In this document: in pieces, positions 1-13,669 of the stretch
Position numbering within the stretch: the first letter of the stretch is position 1
Layout: each line of letters starts with the position of its first letter
Assembly: GCA_030704615.1 (NCBI GenBank)
Contig: CM060731.1
Location: forward strand, 60,760,001 to 60,824,000
DNA length: 64,000 nt
From: Takakia lepidozioides
Lineage: Eukaryota > Plantae > Bryophyta
Reading direction: 5' to 3'
Made by a program: the position numbers and the translations under genes
The notes under the pieces: model-generated
What the model saw: only the letters and a program-made list of their open reading frames with translations
Database searches by the model: none
What the model was told of the DNA's origin: nothing

Positions 1-463
1 CGAACCCTAAAAGCACCACTTCCTGGAGAATGTCTTCATCGATTTGCACACATATTTCCGCACACGTCAACCATTATACATGTTCAAATTGTTTCTCATA
101 AACCAGAGCAAGAATTATGACTTCCACACATAGGTAGACATGCAGGCTCTGGTAACATTTCTTTGCTCACCAGTGTTCTCTTCGAGCACAGCTGAAATCA
201 AGTTGATAGTAACTAGCCTGCTATGGATACGTGGACACTAGATGCAACATCTCAACTTCAGCTACTCTCAGAGAGAGTGTACCTGTTAGCTTGCTGTATG
301 GTATTAGGAGGAGGATAACGAGGCAAATGAGATTGAAACGAAAGATGCTGGCGAATCTCAGGAATAATAACCCGCTTCAATGGGTCCACCAATAGCATAC
401 GTGGAATCAGATCCCTTGCTCTCAGCGACAAATGGCTTGGTGGCGTGTAAATGCCACCCTGCA
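1..463 (-). pseudogene. SnRK1: SNF1-related kinase 1 (SnRK1 alpha/KIN10-like) fragment: two exons, end of kinase domain and start of UBA domain
   Basis: Exon ~283-463 translates GGIYTPPSHLSLRARDLIPRMLLVDPLKRVIIPEIRQH..FQSHLPRY, matching SnRK1a GGIYTLPSHLS..ARDLIPRML.VDP.KR. The next exon at ~1-42 reads IDEDILQEVVLLGF (UBA). Its acceptor appears mutated (tgcaa instead of tgcag) and no upstream kinase exons are visible. Confidence 0.8.
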
Positions 464-1257
464 CAAACAGGCACCCGCCATCTTCACCCCGCCATCTCCA
501 TATGCACGCTAGGGTTTCACTGTGATAGTATTGAGCTCAGCCAAGGGACTTAGCTGATTCTGGCTTATCTCTTCAGCGTGCAATCTCGTCCTTACATCCT
601 TGGGATCTGACGGTGAGTAGTTATGTAATCGTGCAGATCTGAGCATGTCCATAGGACGATGGAGATCATCCAGGTGCTACATGCATTGGGTGCTTGTGGC
701 AGAAAATTTAAAGTTTCCAGGCCAGGTTTTCAGGTTTGTGAAAGCGAATTAGCTAACATAATTTTATTCTACAAGAATTTAAAGGTTAATAACTTTGTAA
801 TATATATATATATATATTAAATTATTTATTTCAGTATACTAAAATAATTTTCACGGATTTATTTATAAAATCAATTTTATTTATAAAGGCTTGTCCCACC
901 AATATATATATATATATATATTGCGGTAACAGGGGCAGTGGCCCTGGTTGGATATTTAAAATATCTTATAATAAAGTTAACCAAGGCTGCTATCCCCCTG
1001 TTTATCAAAAAAAAAAAAAAATCCTTGATAAGCACAACAGAGGGGATTGGGACATTTTCCCCCTACTCATCTTTTCCTCTTACAGTTTCCCCCTTCAACT
1101 TTCCCTCCAGCTTTTCATAGCAAGGGATTATTAGTTGGAATGTTGTACTTTCCCTCCAAGTTTCCCTCTGATAAACGTGCCAAATGAGTTCTTTTAAGGG
1201 TTTTGTTATTTTCCATTTGTCAGGGGCCTCTACTAGAGGCTAAGGAGGGAAAAATTG

Positions 1258-2060
1258 GAACATACCAGTGTTGGACTGGTATACCTGGTTGAACCGAGGT
1301 ATGGAATACAGGTATGAATATATATTTTGAAGAACATACCAGTCGGGTATGAAAGAACCAGTGTACCCATGTGATATACGTATTGGGGGAGTATGTCTTT
1401 AGGATTCCCCCCCACACATACCATACCAGTCTGGGTATACGGAGGCATAGAATGGTCCCCATACCCGTACTGCGTTGAGTTCATGGCAAATGGAGGTAGG
1501 TATAAGTATATGTTAGTGCAGCTAGTTATAACCTGTACTACAATTTTGTTAATTCAAGGCTCCATGTTGCAATTCAGACTTCATTTGCTGTTTCGTGCTA
1601 CTTTGGGTTACCTTTGCCTAGTGTTTCACGGCTTAGATCACAATCAGCTATGTGCTACATGATTATTTCTATGTATGGTGAGCTGTAGAAATACCATACC
1701 AGTGCTCATATCCCCCCAGTATCCCTACAGAGAAAGGACAATACCAGTACCATACTTATATATAGCCCAAAGTATAACTACTCATACCAGATTCATACCC
1801 AAGTTGCTTATACCTATATAGATACCTATACCAGCCTGGTATGAAAAAAGGGGTCCCGTATCCCTACAGAGGAAGGACAATACCAGTACCATACTTATAT
1901 ACAGCCCAAAGTACAACTATTCATACCAGATTCATACCCAAGTTACTCATACCTGTATAGATACCTATACCAGCCTGGTATGAAAAAAGGGGTGGGACCC
2001 TTCATACCAGTACCAGTCTGGTATTAAAAAATGGACATACCAGTCCAACACTGGAACATA
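1258..2060. mobile_element. MITE-like/non-autonomous DNA transposon remnant rich in ATACCAG motifs
   Basis: Inverted repeat ccagtgttggactggtat at ~1265 with its reverse complement at ~2037-2055. Many ataccag/ctggtat motifs, and an internal ~139-bp tandem duplication (~1720-1855 / ~1860-1990). Boundaries are approximate. Confidence 0.5.
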
Positions 2061-2615
2061 ACCTCTTCCCCATAGAGGGGAAGTCCTAAAAGCTCCTTGT
2101 GAAGCCACAATCATACTACATAGTACCTTGTGAAGACTCATTTCGAGCTTGAGATAATATACGCCTTTCCTCTCAAATGAGCAAGTTAAGCAAAGGGGCA
2201 AAGCAAGAAAGAGCGTGCTAAACCGCAAGAGGAGAATCAACGCGTCAAAACTGACACAATCTGACATGCACAGAAGCTCTCAACACCTTGTACACGTAAA
2301 GGATTTTGCCTGCCTAGTATAGCGTATTTGCAGGAGGATTAAGAAGCAGAATTCTAGGCCTAATGCTACTAGCACATTATGCATAATGTGTTTGATTAGG
2401 ACCGCGAGGTTATATATATATATATATGACACCAACCGAAGCCAGCGTAAATAAGAGCCTCTTCCCCTTGCGGGTACTATCCCTTTCAATGGTAGGCTCT
2501 ATCCGCACCGTAACTTGTCATACATTGGCTAATTGGCCACTTACAATCTTACGTTTATTGAGGATTAGGGATGTGAGCAGGCCAATGAGAGGGCGGCAGA
2601 CGCAATCCTTTAAGT

Positions 2616-2725
2616 TATGGAATGGGCCGCAACATGCCATTTATGGCGGTTTCGGCGGCAGCAGCTCGCCCTTCGGCTCGCCACCACCTTACCCGCCACA
2701 ATGTCATGTTGCGGCCCATTCCATA
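2616..2725. repeat. ~110-bp foldback (miniature inverted-repeat element)
   Basis: tatggaatgggccgcaacatg at 2616 pairs with catgttgcggcccattccata ending at 2725. The arms continue imperfectly to tggcgg/ccgcca. Confidence 0.7.
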
Positions 2726-2739
2726 GTACATATTATTGT

Positions 2740-3900
2740 GCCAATGCTGCTGCAGCTTCCAGTTGACCATCTACCCATGCAGGCAGAATAATATTCATTC
2801 CACAGCTTTTTCACATCGTACCTGTAGTGAGAAAAAGCTACCTACACCTTGCAATTAATCTGGACCCACACTCTATCCCTGCTCTTCAGCTATCCATGCC
2901 TCTGCATAAATCAAGCATACATCCTTGCTTTGGTGCTAGCAGCTGACGATGACAGCCTAGATTTGTTCTAGGAAACACCCAACTCAACTTATTACACTAG
3001 TTCCTATGCTCGATTGCATCTGCTACTCTCTATAATCCAACAGGCATTCACCTTCTTGCCTCGATTGCCCCACCATTGACTGGGGTCAAAAAAGTATTCA
3101 CTCCACAGCTTGTCCTCGTCTTTGTTACCTGTTTTTGGATACTTTCATGTTGTCACATCGGTAGTATCATGTCAAAGTCACTCCAAACTAGATTCACTCA
3201 ACCAGCTAACTTGCAGAATTCAACATGGAAAGTTAGGGCCGATTCTGATAAGAGGGAAAAACAGGGTGAAATGTGCTGAAGAAGATGCCTTCATTAGCAG
3301 TGCCTAATTATATCAATTGTGCCGCTACTGCCAGTTGACCATCTACCCATGCAGGTTTCTGGTAGCTATTGATCCACATGGAATCTCAGGTAATGTGGAG
3401 CTTGAAATCTGCCCCTCTTAGATGAATCTGGACCCACACTCTATCCCTGCTCCTTCGGCTATCCATGTCGAAGAAGAAGGTACCCTCACCACATTGTCTT
3501 CGACCTAAGAACAAACTGACTCTCCCCAGAACGGCGAGCTCTCAGCTGACACCTTCTCACACACATATCCTAGCGTTTGTCGCTTGCCTCAGATGCGAAG
3601 GTTGCTCCAACTGCAGGCCTCCCATGTTTGCCCTCCCTCCCTCCCAGCTCTGCTCCGTGCTGCAAATTCAGGGCTGAGTCTGATGAGAGCGCAAAACAGG
3701 CTGAAATAGGTCGAAGAAGAAGGTGCCCTCGCCACATTGTCCTCGACCTAAGACCAAGCTGACTCTCCCCAAAACGGCGAGCTCTCAGCCAACACCTCCT
3801 CATACCCTAGCGTTTGTCGCTTGCTTCAGATGCAAAGGTTGCTCCAACTGCGGGCCTCCCATGTTTGCCCTCCCTCCCGCTCACTCTCTCTCCCTCCCCG
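2740..3900 (-). pseudogene. Decayed 5' region of an OSB-PDF/PPR family paralogue (two partial PDF motifs plus duplicated leader)
   Basis: The minus strand gives KYPKTGNKDEDKLWSEYFFDPSQWWGNRGKK|gtgaatg (~3050-3145) and IHLRGADFKLHIT*DSMWINSYQKPAWVDGQL (~3330-3428). The acceptor context (gagtgtgggtccag|att) matches the intact gene at 49642-49656. A ~240-bp leader segment is duplicated at ~3470 and ~3710. Confidence 0.7.
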
Positions 3901-5273
3901 CCGCTCGCTGCTCTAAGTCCCAGCCCTCTGTTCACGGCTACCGGGATGGACAACTTTTTTAATTTATTTTTAACTTTTTGCAAACCCTATAAACAACTTT
4001 TGCAATTTTTTAAAACCTTTTGCACTCTGCAACAAGTTTTAAAGGTACCATGTACTAGCTCTACCCCGTTTCATTTTACAATGTTGAATAATTCATGTTT
4101 ATGTCCCTGCACTGATATGGCCACACTTAATTTGACTCCCTTCAATCGTAATATGAGGACTGTTAAGCTTGCATTGCATTCTGTTTACATTGCAAAGTGC
4201 GACGACCACCTCTTCGTCTTTCCGAGGGCACATTTCCGAAGTTCATAATTTATTCCGTTTGCAGCGGAGTACTAACACTACTACGTTTGGGGGGGGGGGG
4301 GGTTTAGCGATGCCTCAGCGACCTCCAAATGCCACGCCTAGCGACGGAAATACACTACAGCGCCTGGGGCGCGCCGGGGACAAATTGCGACGTCGGGAAG
4401 TCGCCGCCACGTCGGTCCGACGGCGCTCCCGGAACGTCGTAGATTAGCGACCTAGGGGAATCGCTAATCCCCCGGGTCCCCCTGGCCACGACCAACAACG
4501 GCGGAATGACGTCGCCCCTCCGGGGCATTGCAATATGGCGACTCCCGGGAGTCGCAACAAAGGGCAAGGAGGGGGGTCCATCCCTCCCCCTGCGTCATGG
4601 GGCAGTCGCAAGGACGTCGCCCATCCCCAAAAATAGCCACGCGCCGGCATCGCCGGCACGTCGCAGCCTAGGACATTAAGGCCCCCGCTCTGCGATGCCT
4701 GGACATCGCAGATGGGGTCTATTTTGCCTAGGGGATTGGCGACGCCCGGGAATCGCCATGATATCGCTGCCATCTGGGGGCGTCGCTAGACCCCCATGGG
4801 TAAGGAGGTTCTCTAGCGACGCCCGGAAATCGCACGGACGTCGCAGCCCCCGGGGGCCGTCGCTAGCTCCATGGGAGGGCACGTTCTTATGCAACTCCTT
4901 GGAGTCGCAACAACGTCGCAGCACCTGGGTGGCGTCACTAGCTCCACGTTGGCGTGGTTCTGTTGCGACTGCTGGGAATCACAAGAGCGTCGCTGGTTGC
5001 CCCCGGCCGTCGCGCCGACGTCGCTGGGTGGGAGGGTAGCCAGCTGGTATTTGGGGTGGGGTTTTGGGGTTTCTTTTTTGTTTGGGCGGGGGGAGGTTTC
5101 TTGGGGTATGGGGTGTGCCTCGTGCTTGCATGAATTGCATGCATTCTAATCTATAGGTCGACACACCAAATCCACATGTCCATTAAGGTTTGAATGAGGA
5201 TCGAAATGGCAACTGAAAAATATATACATAAAGCGAGTACTACCTATACATGTCTCTAACTGGGAACCATCCC

Positions 5274-7060
5274 TCATTCCTCATCACCTGAGTCATAGGT
5301 GTACTCGTCCGAGGAATGCAAGCTACGCTGGGCCTCCAATTTGGAGGATGATGAGGCCGAGTCTGAGATTACATCATCCTTCAAACCACCCCCTACTACT
5401 GGCTCTCCCCCATCCGGCCAAGCCACTGAACTACCCATCCCCACCCCTACAGATGCACTATCCTCCGTCAATTGTGGCATCTTGGCCATTGAGGCTACAG
5501 GGGCCTTCCGCCCCGGAGTCTTGCAAAAGTTGTGCTCGATGGTGGAGGGAGGCCTCTGAAACTTCTTTTTCTGCACATGACATACAAATGCAATGACAGG
5601 TCAGAATTCATAATGGAAGGGAGAAGCTAAAAAAGAAAAATGGGTATGACAAGAGAAAGAACACTTACGAATCGGGTGACAAAACTCTTGTTTCCGCCGG
5701 GGCCCCACTTGTGTGTTGATTCTGCACACTTCTCGAGGCGGGCTGCAGTTGCCGCATGTCCCCTTGCGAAGATCTCCACCTTCAGCTCTTCCCTCCCCCC
5801 TGCGATGAGAGCCTCCCAAGATTCATGTCCAGCCCCAACAAAGACACTATAAATGTTAATGAACTCCATACCGCAATGAACATACATTCAAAGACGAAGT
5901 GCGTCTTACCTTGGTTATTCCATGTGGCATGGTCGTTGGTTCAACCCCCATCTTGAGTGCCTTGCGAATGGTTTGTTGCGCACGGTACCTCTTGTCCTTG
6001 AGGTTCTTTCCCACCAGCTCCAAGAGCTTCCCCTCATTCCACTCACCCGGAAATGTGCCCTCAAGTGCTTGCACGAATGCTTGCCTATGGCGATGTGATT
6101 GGCGTGGCCAATCAATATGCCAAGGGAACCACCTCGCCGCCAAGTCGAAGGCTGCTTTTTTCATGGCCTCCCAATACTCACCAATGGGGTCACCGACCTT
6201 ATTGGTCTCTAAGGGGGGCACCTTCATCTTTGGCAAATCAAGGTTGCGGGGACCCGAGGTCTTTACCTCGTCCATGCTCTTCTGAACTACCTCTCCCTTG
6301 TCTTTTGTTGCCCCACTAATGCCCTCCACCGGCTGCACGCTCATCTGAACTAGCTCCCCCTTGTCTTTTGTTCCCCCACTAGTGCCTTCCCCCGGCTGTA
6401 CCTCTCTCCTTCTACGCCTCTTTCTCTTATGCTCCCTCTCCTGGGCCTGTCCTTTCCCCTTCCCCTCCACTACTTCCTTACCCTCCTTGATGATTAGGGG
6501 AACCTCGGGGACATGACGTCTTTTCCTCTCCCTCTTACCATCCCCACGGGTAGGCACCACCACTGTCCCTGCTTTGTCGGTGGCAATCCCACTGCTTGCC
6601 ATAAGCTTAGCCACGAATGCACCAAGCTCCTGAATACAAAACCCACAAAATTAGAAACAAACCAGAAACAAAATGAAAGGCAAAGGAAAGAAAAAAAGGT
6701 GAAGGAAAGAGGCTCACCTTTGCGTCCATGACCTCAATGTTGCCCTCGGTCCCCGCTTGTGGTGTACCCCCTATAACGCCCTCACGGAATAAGGGTGGAA
6801 GCCTATCCCATGCACCCAATAGGCTCACAGGCGGCGCCCCAAAGTCCAGGGTTTTCTTCATTGACCATTCAGGCGACGGACTTCGCAAGGGGCCCTCCAA
6901 AGCCAGTGTCACCCTCTCCTCTTCCCCCTCCCTTTCCCGTGCCCTCTTATTTCCCTCTTCCCTCTTCTTGTCTTCCTCCCTCTTCCTCTCCTCCTCCTTC
7001 CACCTCATTCCGGCCTCCTTTGAAGCCTCCCTCTTCTCCCAAGGTGAGGAGGAACCCACC
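5274..7060 (-). pseudogene. CACTA TnpA-like (Ptta/En/Spm-type) protein, multi-exon
   Basis: ORF 5856..6614 has PIGEYWEAMKKAAFDLAARWFPWHIDWPRQSHRHRQAFVQALEGTFPGEW..LLELVGKNLKDKRYR. Downstream exons read ESWEALI...HKWGPGG and RPPSTIEHNFCKT. This resembles the TnpA/Transposase_24 pattern, preceded by a basic/acidic low-complexity N-terminus. Lies inside the CACTA termini. Confidence 0.6.
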
Positions 7061-10000
7061 CCCTTCTGAGCCCCCCCCCCTTATAAGCCCTCTTGGTTGT
7101 AGAAGAAGGGGAAAAGGCATTGGCGGTGGGGCTAAGATCAAGTTGCCCATACTTGGCGGCAGATCTGAGAATGCGCTTCCCCACGTAAAAGTCAGGGCCC
7201 TCCATCAGCCCGTGGGGTGGCGTCCCAGCCTGAACATTGGGTGCACCACCCTCAAGTGGAGGCTCATCCCCAGCCTCAACCTTTGAGGGCGTGGAGGCCT
7301 CGACGGCCTTACGGCTTGGTCCTCTCACATAGCCGCCTATAGGGCTGGTGAGTTTGGACCAAGTGGACCATGTCAAACGGCCGTCAATGATGGGAGCGTT
7401 GTCAGGCTTCCCTACCTTAGCGGCAGGCGATTTCTGCTCCTTCGGCGGCCCTTCTCCTTGTCCTTTGCCATACTACTAGCTTATCCCTGCGCCCACAACA
7501 CTACTACCGTGTGATTTCACATGCCAAAAACAAACAAGGCCTGACCCTCCCCCTTCCCCTCTCTCCCTCTCCCTCTATATTTATGTCCTTCTCTATCTCC
7601 CCCTTTCTCTCTGTGCTGATAAGCAAAAAGGAAAAGAGGGGGGGTGGGTTTAGTGGGGAAGTGACTGGAGCAGCTCGCCCCCCCCACATTTTTTTCCCCG
7701 CCCCCCCCTCAACAGTCCCTCTCTCTCCCTCTCTCTCCCTTTGGAAACTGGGCTTATGGAATTGTTGTCCCGACTTCCATCTTTGAGGAAATTGAAAAAA
7801 ATTGAAAAATTGGGTTGCAGGGAATTTTGGATGTTTTTCATCCAAAATACAATTTTTTTTTCCCTAGTGAAATATTTCTTCACTAAAATACTTGTGAGTT
7901 GAAAAACTCCCGTCAGTTTCTACTTTTTCAATCCAACCTGGATGAAAAAAAGACCTTGAGTGTTTATGGCTCCTGTGAGCGCCGCCTAGGCGGGCTCTTT
8001 AAGGCGATGTCGGTGGCTTAGAGACGAGGGAAGATTCACTGTCTCAGTTCTCTGATTTTTTGCTGCACAAAGGAACCGCGGCAGTGATGGCGGAGGTACC
8101 ACCTGCATGCTTATGACGTTTCCCTAGGAGCCCTCCTCTGGATCTTTGATGAATGGCGGCGTCTTGGTAGAACAAGGAAGTCTCTCTCCCTCCCTTTATA
8201 AACCCTACATTTTGAGACCAAGCTCTTTTTTCTTGTGCTTGGCAAGACTTTGCTTTGGTTAAGGTAGCAGTGCTATGGTGTTGGCGGAGTCCTCCCTGCA
8301 CGGTTAGGCTTGTGGAGAGATGACGACTCTCCCCCAGACAGTAAAAAAGGTTCTTTTTCTATTTGTTTTGCTTCCCTGCTTTCTTTGGCATTCTCTGCGC
8401 TTAGATTGAAGTGTATTTGACCTCGATAGCAAGTGTGGAAGCCTGTTACTCACCTCGTGCATCCTCACTAACTCACAATGCGTTGTGGTTGTTTTTGGGA
8501 CGGGCACAAGTGAGGGCTTCCACTTAATATTCTGATGTCTAGGTGCTGCTGGATGCCAAGTGGGATTTCAGAGCAGGGGAAGGAATCGTTTGCCAAAGAC
8601 TCATCTTAAAATGTTGAAAAACTAAACTACTTTATGGTTTTTCTTGATCCTACCTCTTTCCTTCCTTGGTTTTTGAAGAACAAGTGTAATGCTTTCTACG
8701 ATGGGCTAGTTCGGCCCAGCCAGTGGAAAACCTCTGTTATGTGGTGACAACCTGATTTATGATGGCTTGTGTGAGAGACACACATCTGTTTTCCAGGCCC
8801 TAGTTTGCTTTGCTTACCTTATGGTAGTTGGAAACAAAGTGAGAGGTTGCAAGGAAATGGTTGCTGCAACTACTCGGCTACCTCTGTTGGTAAAAGGCCC
8901 CTGTTATGTTCCAACCCAGATGGCTTTGTTAGCTAGATGCTTAGGCCAAGGTATGGTGAAGTTTATGCCTGTGGCTATTCGGCTGACACTGAAATATGGC
9001 AATAATATAAATGGTAACTGGTTTTTGAGGCAGCCAGGGTGGTCAAGTGGAAATACCCCCTGGACATGGTGTAATGACATGGTCAAATGTGGAATGATGT
9101 GAAGGTTGTACTGACAGTATCATATACTATCACAGGATGTGTATGCAGTCCTTTATATTTACCTTGCTGTGTCATGAACTTTGATTTTCAGCTGTAGCAA
9201 GAAATAAAGGTATAGGGGTATTCTGGAAAACTTACCAGACATATCCACATCCCCTGTGGGGGCAAGCTGTACTGCACACCAGTCTAAACAAATACTGGCA
9301 AGGCAAGGTATTTAAATCTGTGATATCCAAGTGTTCCTTTCTTTTTTAAGAAAACCCTCCATGACACCCATGGGGTTTAGTAAGTATGCTTGGATTACAG
9401 CTTGCAGACAGTAAATCTGTATGATTATGTGACATGCACCACATCAAGGCCAAAATATGGCCAAGTACCCGCCATCCCACCCAGACCTCTGTAAGTGTAT
9501 CATGATCTTGACTGGTGGTCAATCAATATCAGTGGCATACCCTTTGGGTTATGAATAGTACTGACATGAACACATTACTGTGCATGGATGTAATTCTGGA
9601 TTTTCTAAGCTTGATGATTGATGGATGGTGCCACTGTTAAGTGGCTGATATGTCTATTTATTCTTTCATGACAACGACCCTAGGGGTCCTGTCTTTGTCT
9701 TGATATGACAAAAAGTATCTTCCCTCGGAATTGGCAGGTTTTATCAGTGTTAATTTCCTATTTTTCCATCTATACCGGATGGATTATGACAGGGTGGACA
9801 CTACCAGGGTGGACACTAAATTACCTCTAATTTGAGTCTATGATTTTTTCATTCTTCTTTTATTGACTTTCACCCATACCGGATGTGTCACCAGAGAATG
9901 AGGAATTACCTATGTAGGGGTTGACAGTGGCATCCTATATATAAATTCTTCCATCCATACCGGATGAAAAATACCAGGATATTAATTCGTTTATTCCTCT

Positions 10001-11509
10001 TTTATGGTTTTTTTCCATACCGGATGAGACATTTTTTTGGGGATGTTGAATTACCTGTTAGGATGTGAAACCGTTGCCTTGGATGTTATGTACTGTTTTT
10101 CCATCCTATTGACGAACCTTCTCCAACTGGATGAACTTATTGACTTTTTCATCAGAACCGAATGAAATATGCAGCCTATGATGGCCCTGGACCTTTGTTT
10201 AATTACCCTTAATTATGGCTAATTAAGGAGTGAAACCCTAACCCCTACCCTATAACCTACTGTTTAAACCTAGCTAACGGATGACATCCGTCGGGTTTCG
10301 AAATAAGGGGTGTTGATTACTCATCCTGCATGGATGAAAAATCGGGCACGGCCCTAGGGTGTTTCTCCTGCCATCAGCAGCACTCCTCGTGCTTCTGAGC
10401 TCGTGGGCTGAGAGTTATGGCGTTTGAGCTCTGTTGCTACCTTGTCTGCTGCTTCGTGCCCATGCCGGACGAGCTCCTGGGGATGTGCAATGGCGACGTT
10501 GCCATGTTACAGATTCAAGATATGGACACACAAACATTTTGAGTGCCTGAGACCAAGCCCACTTGGCCAAAACTAAATCATACATTGCAGTGCCTGGTCT
10601 GATGGCAAAATAAGGCAAATAATCTCTGGCAAAGGTCCAGTAGAGCTTACCAACATTGTTTTCCAGGAGCTTTATGCCAGGTTTTGCAAATAAAACCTCA
10701 CTATGCTCCATTCCACATCAAATCTAGGCCTGAGAAAGGCCTGTCATTGCCTTATCAAGCTGCCATCTTTAAAAACAGGGCCTCATCTTCCTTAGAACCT
10801 AACAGCCATTGATGCCTTACCCATAAACCATAACTCATTTTTAAGGTCAAAACATTACCTAGCTTAATAATCCACAGGCAATGCTGTCAAAGATTCAAGA
10901 CAGGGTAAGGTCCAGATGTTGGGCTTCAAGAGACAAGCCTGTCAGGCCGAAGTGCTCTATCAAAGGCAGCAAAACATAAGTCAAAAGTAAGCATCAGCAT
11001 GCCAAACCAGGAGCAAGTGGGCCGAAATCGGGGCTGCAAGCAGCAGCCAAGTAAAGACGCCATACACACTAGGTTCTCTTTGCCCACATCCTTTTCTACA
11101 AAATCAAGAGAATTCAAAGCAAGTATGGATCCTCACCTGGTCCCATCACAAGCCCCCACAAAAACCAACAGGTTAGTGAGGATTGTGGAACCCAGGTGAA
11201 TCACAGACCCCTACACTTGTCATCGATGTCAGCTAAGAACCTCAAAAGCAAGAGAGAAAGACATAAAGCAAAAATGAACCCTAATCACCAAAAGCACTTT
11301 GAGCGATTGGGGAAGGTAACTGTGCGCCATCGCCACCAACAAGCCACCTCCAGCACAGCTAAGGAGAAGTGAAGCATACAAGCATCCTTGCTAGGTTTAA
11401 GAAGGGAGAGAGAGATACTTCCCCACACAAACGCCGCTGCGAAACATAAAAGCCAGAGGAGGGAAAGAGACGATGCAATCACAGCAGGGTCTCCCGCCTG
11501 TGAGAAAAG

Positions 11510-12060
11510 ACAAGCATGCCCAAGTGGGTCACTTGGTTGCATGTTTGGAATCTAATAAACTGCAGGCTGGTCCATCAAGATGCTTGTGTATACATGTCTT
11601 GAATCTGTAATATTGTAGGCTGTTCTTACCTACCCAAGAGGCCTTGCATGATGCATGTCTTGGGATACTTACAAATGGTAAAGAGTGAAGCTGCAATATG
11701 TTTTGTCATGCCTAAGAAGTTTACTTGGTTGCATGCTTAAAATCTGATTAATTGCAGGCTGGTCCTTCAAGGTACTTGTATGAACATATCCTGAATCTGT
11801 AGTAGGATAGGTTGTTCTTACCTACCCAAGGAGCCTTGCATGATGCATGTCTTGGGGTACTTACAAATGGCAAAGAGTGAAGCTACAATATGTTTTGTCA
11901 TGCCCAAGAAGATTACTTGGTTGCATGTTTGAAATCTGGTAAATTGCAGGCTGGTCCTTCAAGGTGCTTGTATGAACATACCTTGAATCTGTAGCAGGGC
12001 AGGCTGTTCTTACCTACCCAAGGAGCCTTGCATGATGCATGTCTTGGGTTACTTACAAGA
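11510..12060. repeat. Tandem repeat, ~191-bp unit x ~3, inside the CACTA element
   Basis: acttggttgcatg...tgcaggctggtc...ttcttacctacccaag...gccttgcatgatgcatgtcttggg recurs at ~11531, ~11723 and ~11914. Confidence 0.85.
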
Positions 12061-13669
12061 ATTTGAACATGCTGTAGCAATCTGATTTTTCAGTACACAA
12101 GATGCTTGCTTATATGCTTGTCTTGTTGTCATGACCTGTACATAAACAAACCCCGCCCTCCCACCCTGTTTTATCATGAATGATTGGGTGAAATCAATTG
12201 GGAAGTCATGACAAGAATGGAAGTGTTAGATGGTGCCCTGTTTATGGGCTGTTTATGTCTTTAATTGACAATGACCCTAGTGGGCCTTGTCCATGTCTTG
12301 ACATGACATGAGTAACTTCTCTCTCTTTCTATTTCCAGTGTACTTGGTGGTTCTTGTACACACCATCTACCACTTTCCTTTCTGGTTATTTCTTCATCAT
12401 GTTGATATACTAACATGGTTTTTTTTCTGGACTAGCAGAAGGTCCCTCCGTGACAAAGATATGGAGCAAAGACCTTCATAAGGTATGTCCTCCAGCAAAA
12501 ACTTGTTGGTGATTTAAAGCACGGAGGTCTTTAAGGTAAGCATAATGCTTTTGGATGTTGTCTTCATATTGATATATTGAGCTAGGCCCAGGTAAAACCA
12601 CCTGCAGGAGTATGTGTATACCTTCTACATGATCCAGTCAATGCACACTACTCGTGTTAGATGGTATCCTGTAGCTGATGCTTTGTATCAGTTTTAGACA
12701 CTCTTAGGCTTATATGCTTTCATACCTCTCTACAAGTGGCTTTGCTCTATGTAGCACCACTAAGCAAATATACATATGTAATATGCTATGTGCTTATCAT
12801 ACCTTTGGAAAAACTGGCCTTAAAACCAGGATGGTGTATAGATGGGCAGCAGGTTGCTACCATCCTGCGTTACACTTGTTTGGAGTGGGTTTGTACAGTG
12901 TTCTCTTATCCCTCTTTGCTGATCCATGACATCCATTTATTGATCCTTAAACATGGAAAGGCGAGGAAGTAGGCATTTCCAGCCCCTATGGCAAAACTAT
13001 CCAGGGGTTGGAATCTACTTTGAAGTGGGAGAAACCTTATGAAGGGGTCTGGTATGCACTCCCATACGGGGTGAGTGCATACCACACTCACTCCATAAGG
13101 GACTGCCATACCAGGGGCTGGTTGGTGGGATCCCTCTCTCTCCCTCTCTCTCCCTCCCTCATTGGAATGGGTTTTATCAGTGTTAATTTCCCGTTTTTCC
13201 ATCTATACCGGATGGACTCTAACAGTTTTTTCACCCGCCCTATAACAATTTTTTTATCCATACCAGATGAATTACCTGGGTGGACACTAAACTGAGTCTA
13301 TGATTTTTTCCCTCATCTCTCCCTCTGTCCCATAAAGATGTGGAGAGAGAGGGAGAGAGGGAGAAAGAGGGAGTGAGGAGGGAAAAAAAAAACTAAAAAA
13401 GAAGGTGGGGGGGGGAGTGACTGAGCAGCACGAGCATCTGAGCAGCAGCTGCTTAGTCACTCCCCCCACCCCCCACCTTCTTTTTTATTTATTTTCCCTC
13501 ATCTCTCCCTCTGTCCCATCATGATGTGGAGAGAGAGGGTGTGTTGAGGGAAAAAAAATTAAAAATGAAGGTGGGGAGGGGGGGTGACTGAGCAACTCCA
13601 TGAAATTGAAACTGAAGAACATTTCTTCTATTGTCCTATATACTATGAGATCCGTGGGGATTCCATTGT

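Noticed and set aside
4300-5150. Several overlapping GC-rich ORFs (70-114 aa)
   Set aside because: They arise from CACTA subterminal gcgacg repeats and show no protein motifs.
10415-10711. 98-aa minus-strand ORF inside the CACTA element as a further cargo gene
   Set aside because: No recognisable motif or supporting exon structure; cannot be supported without a search.
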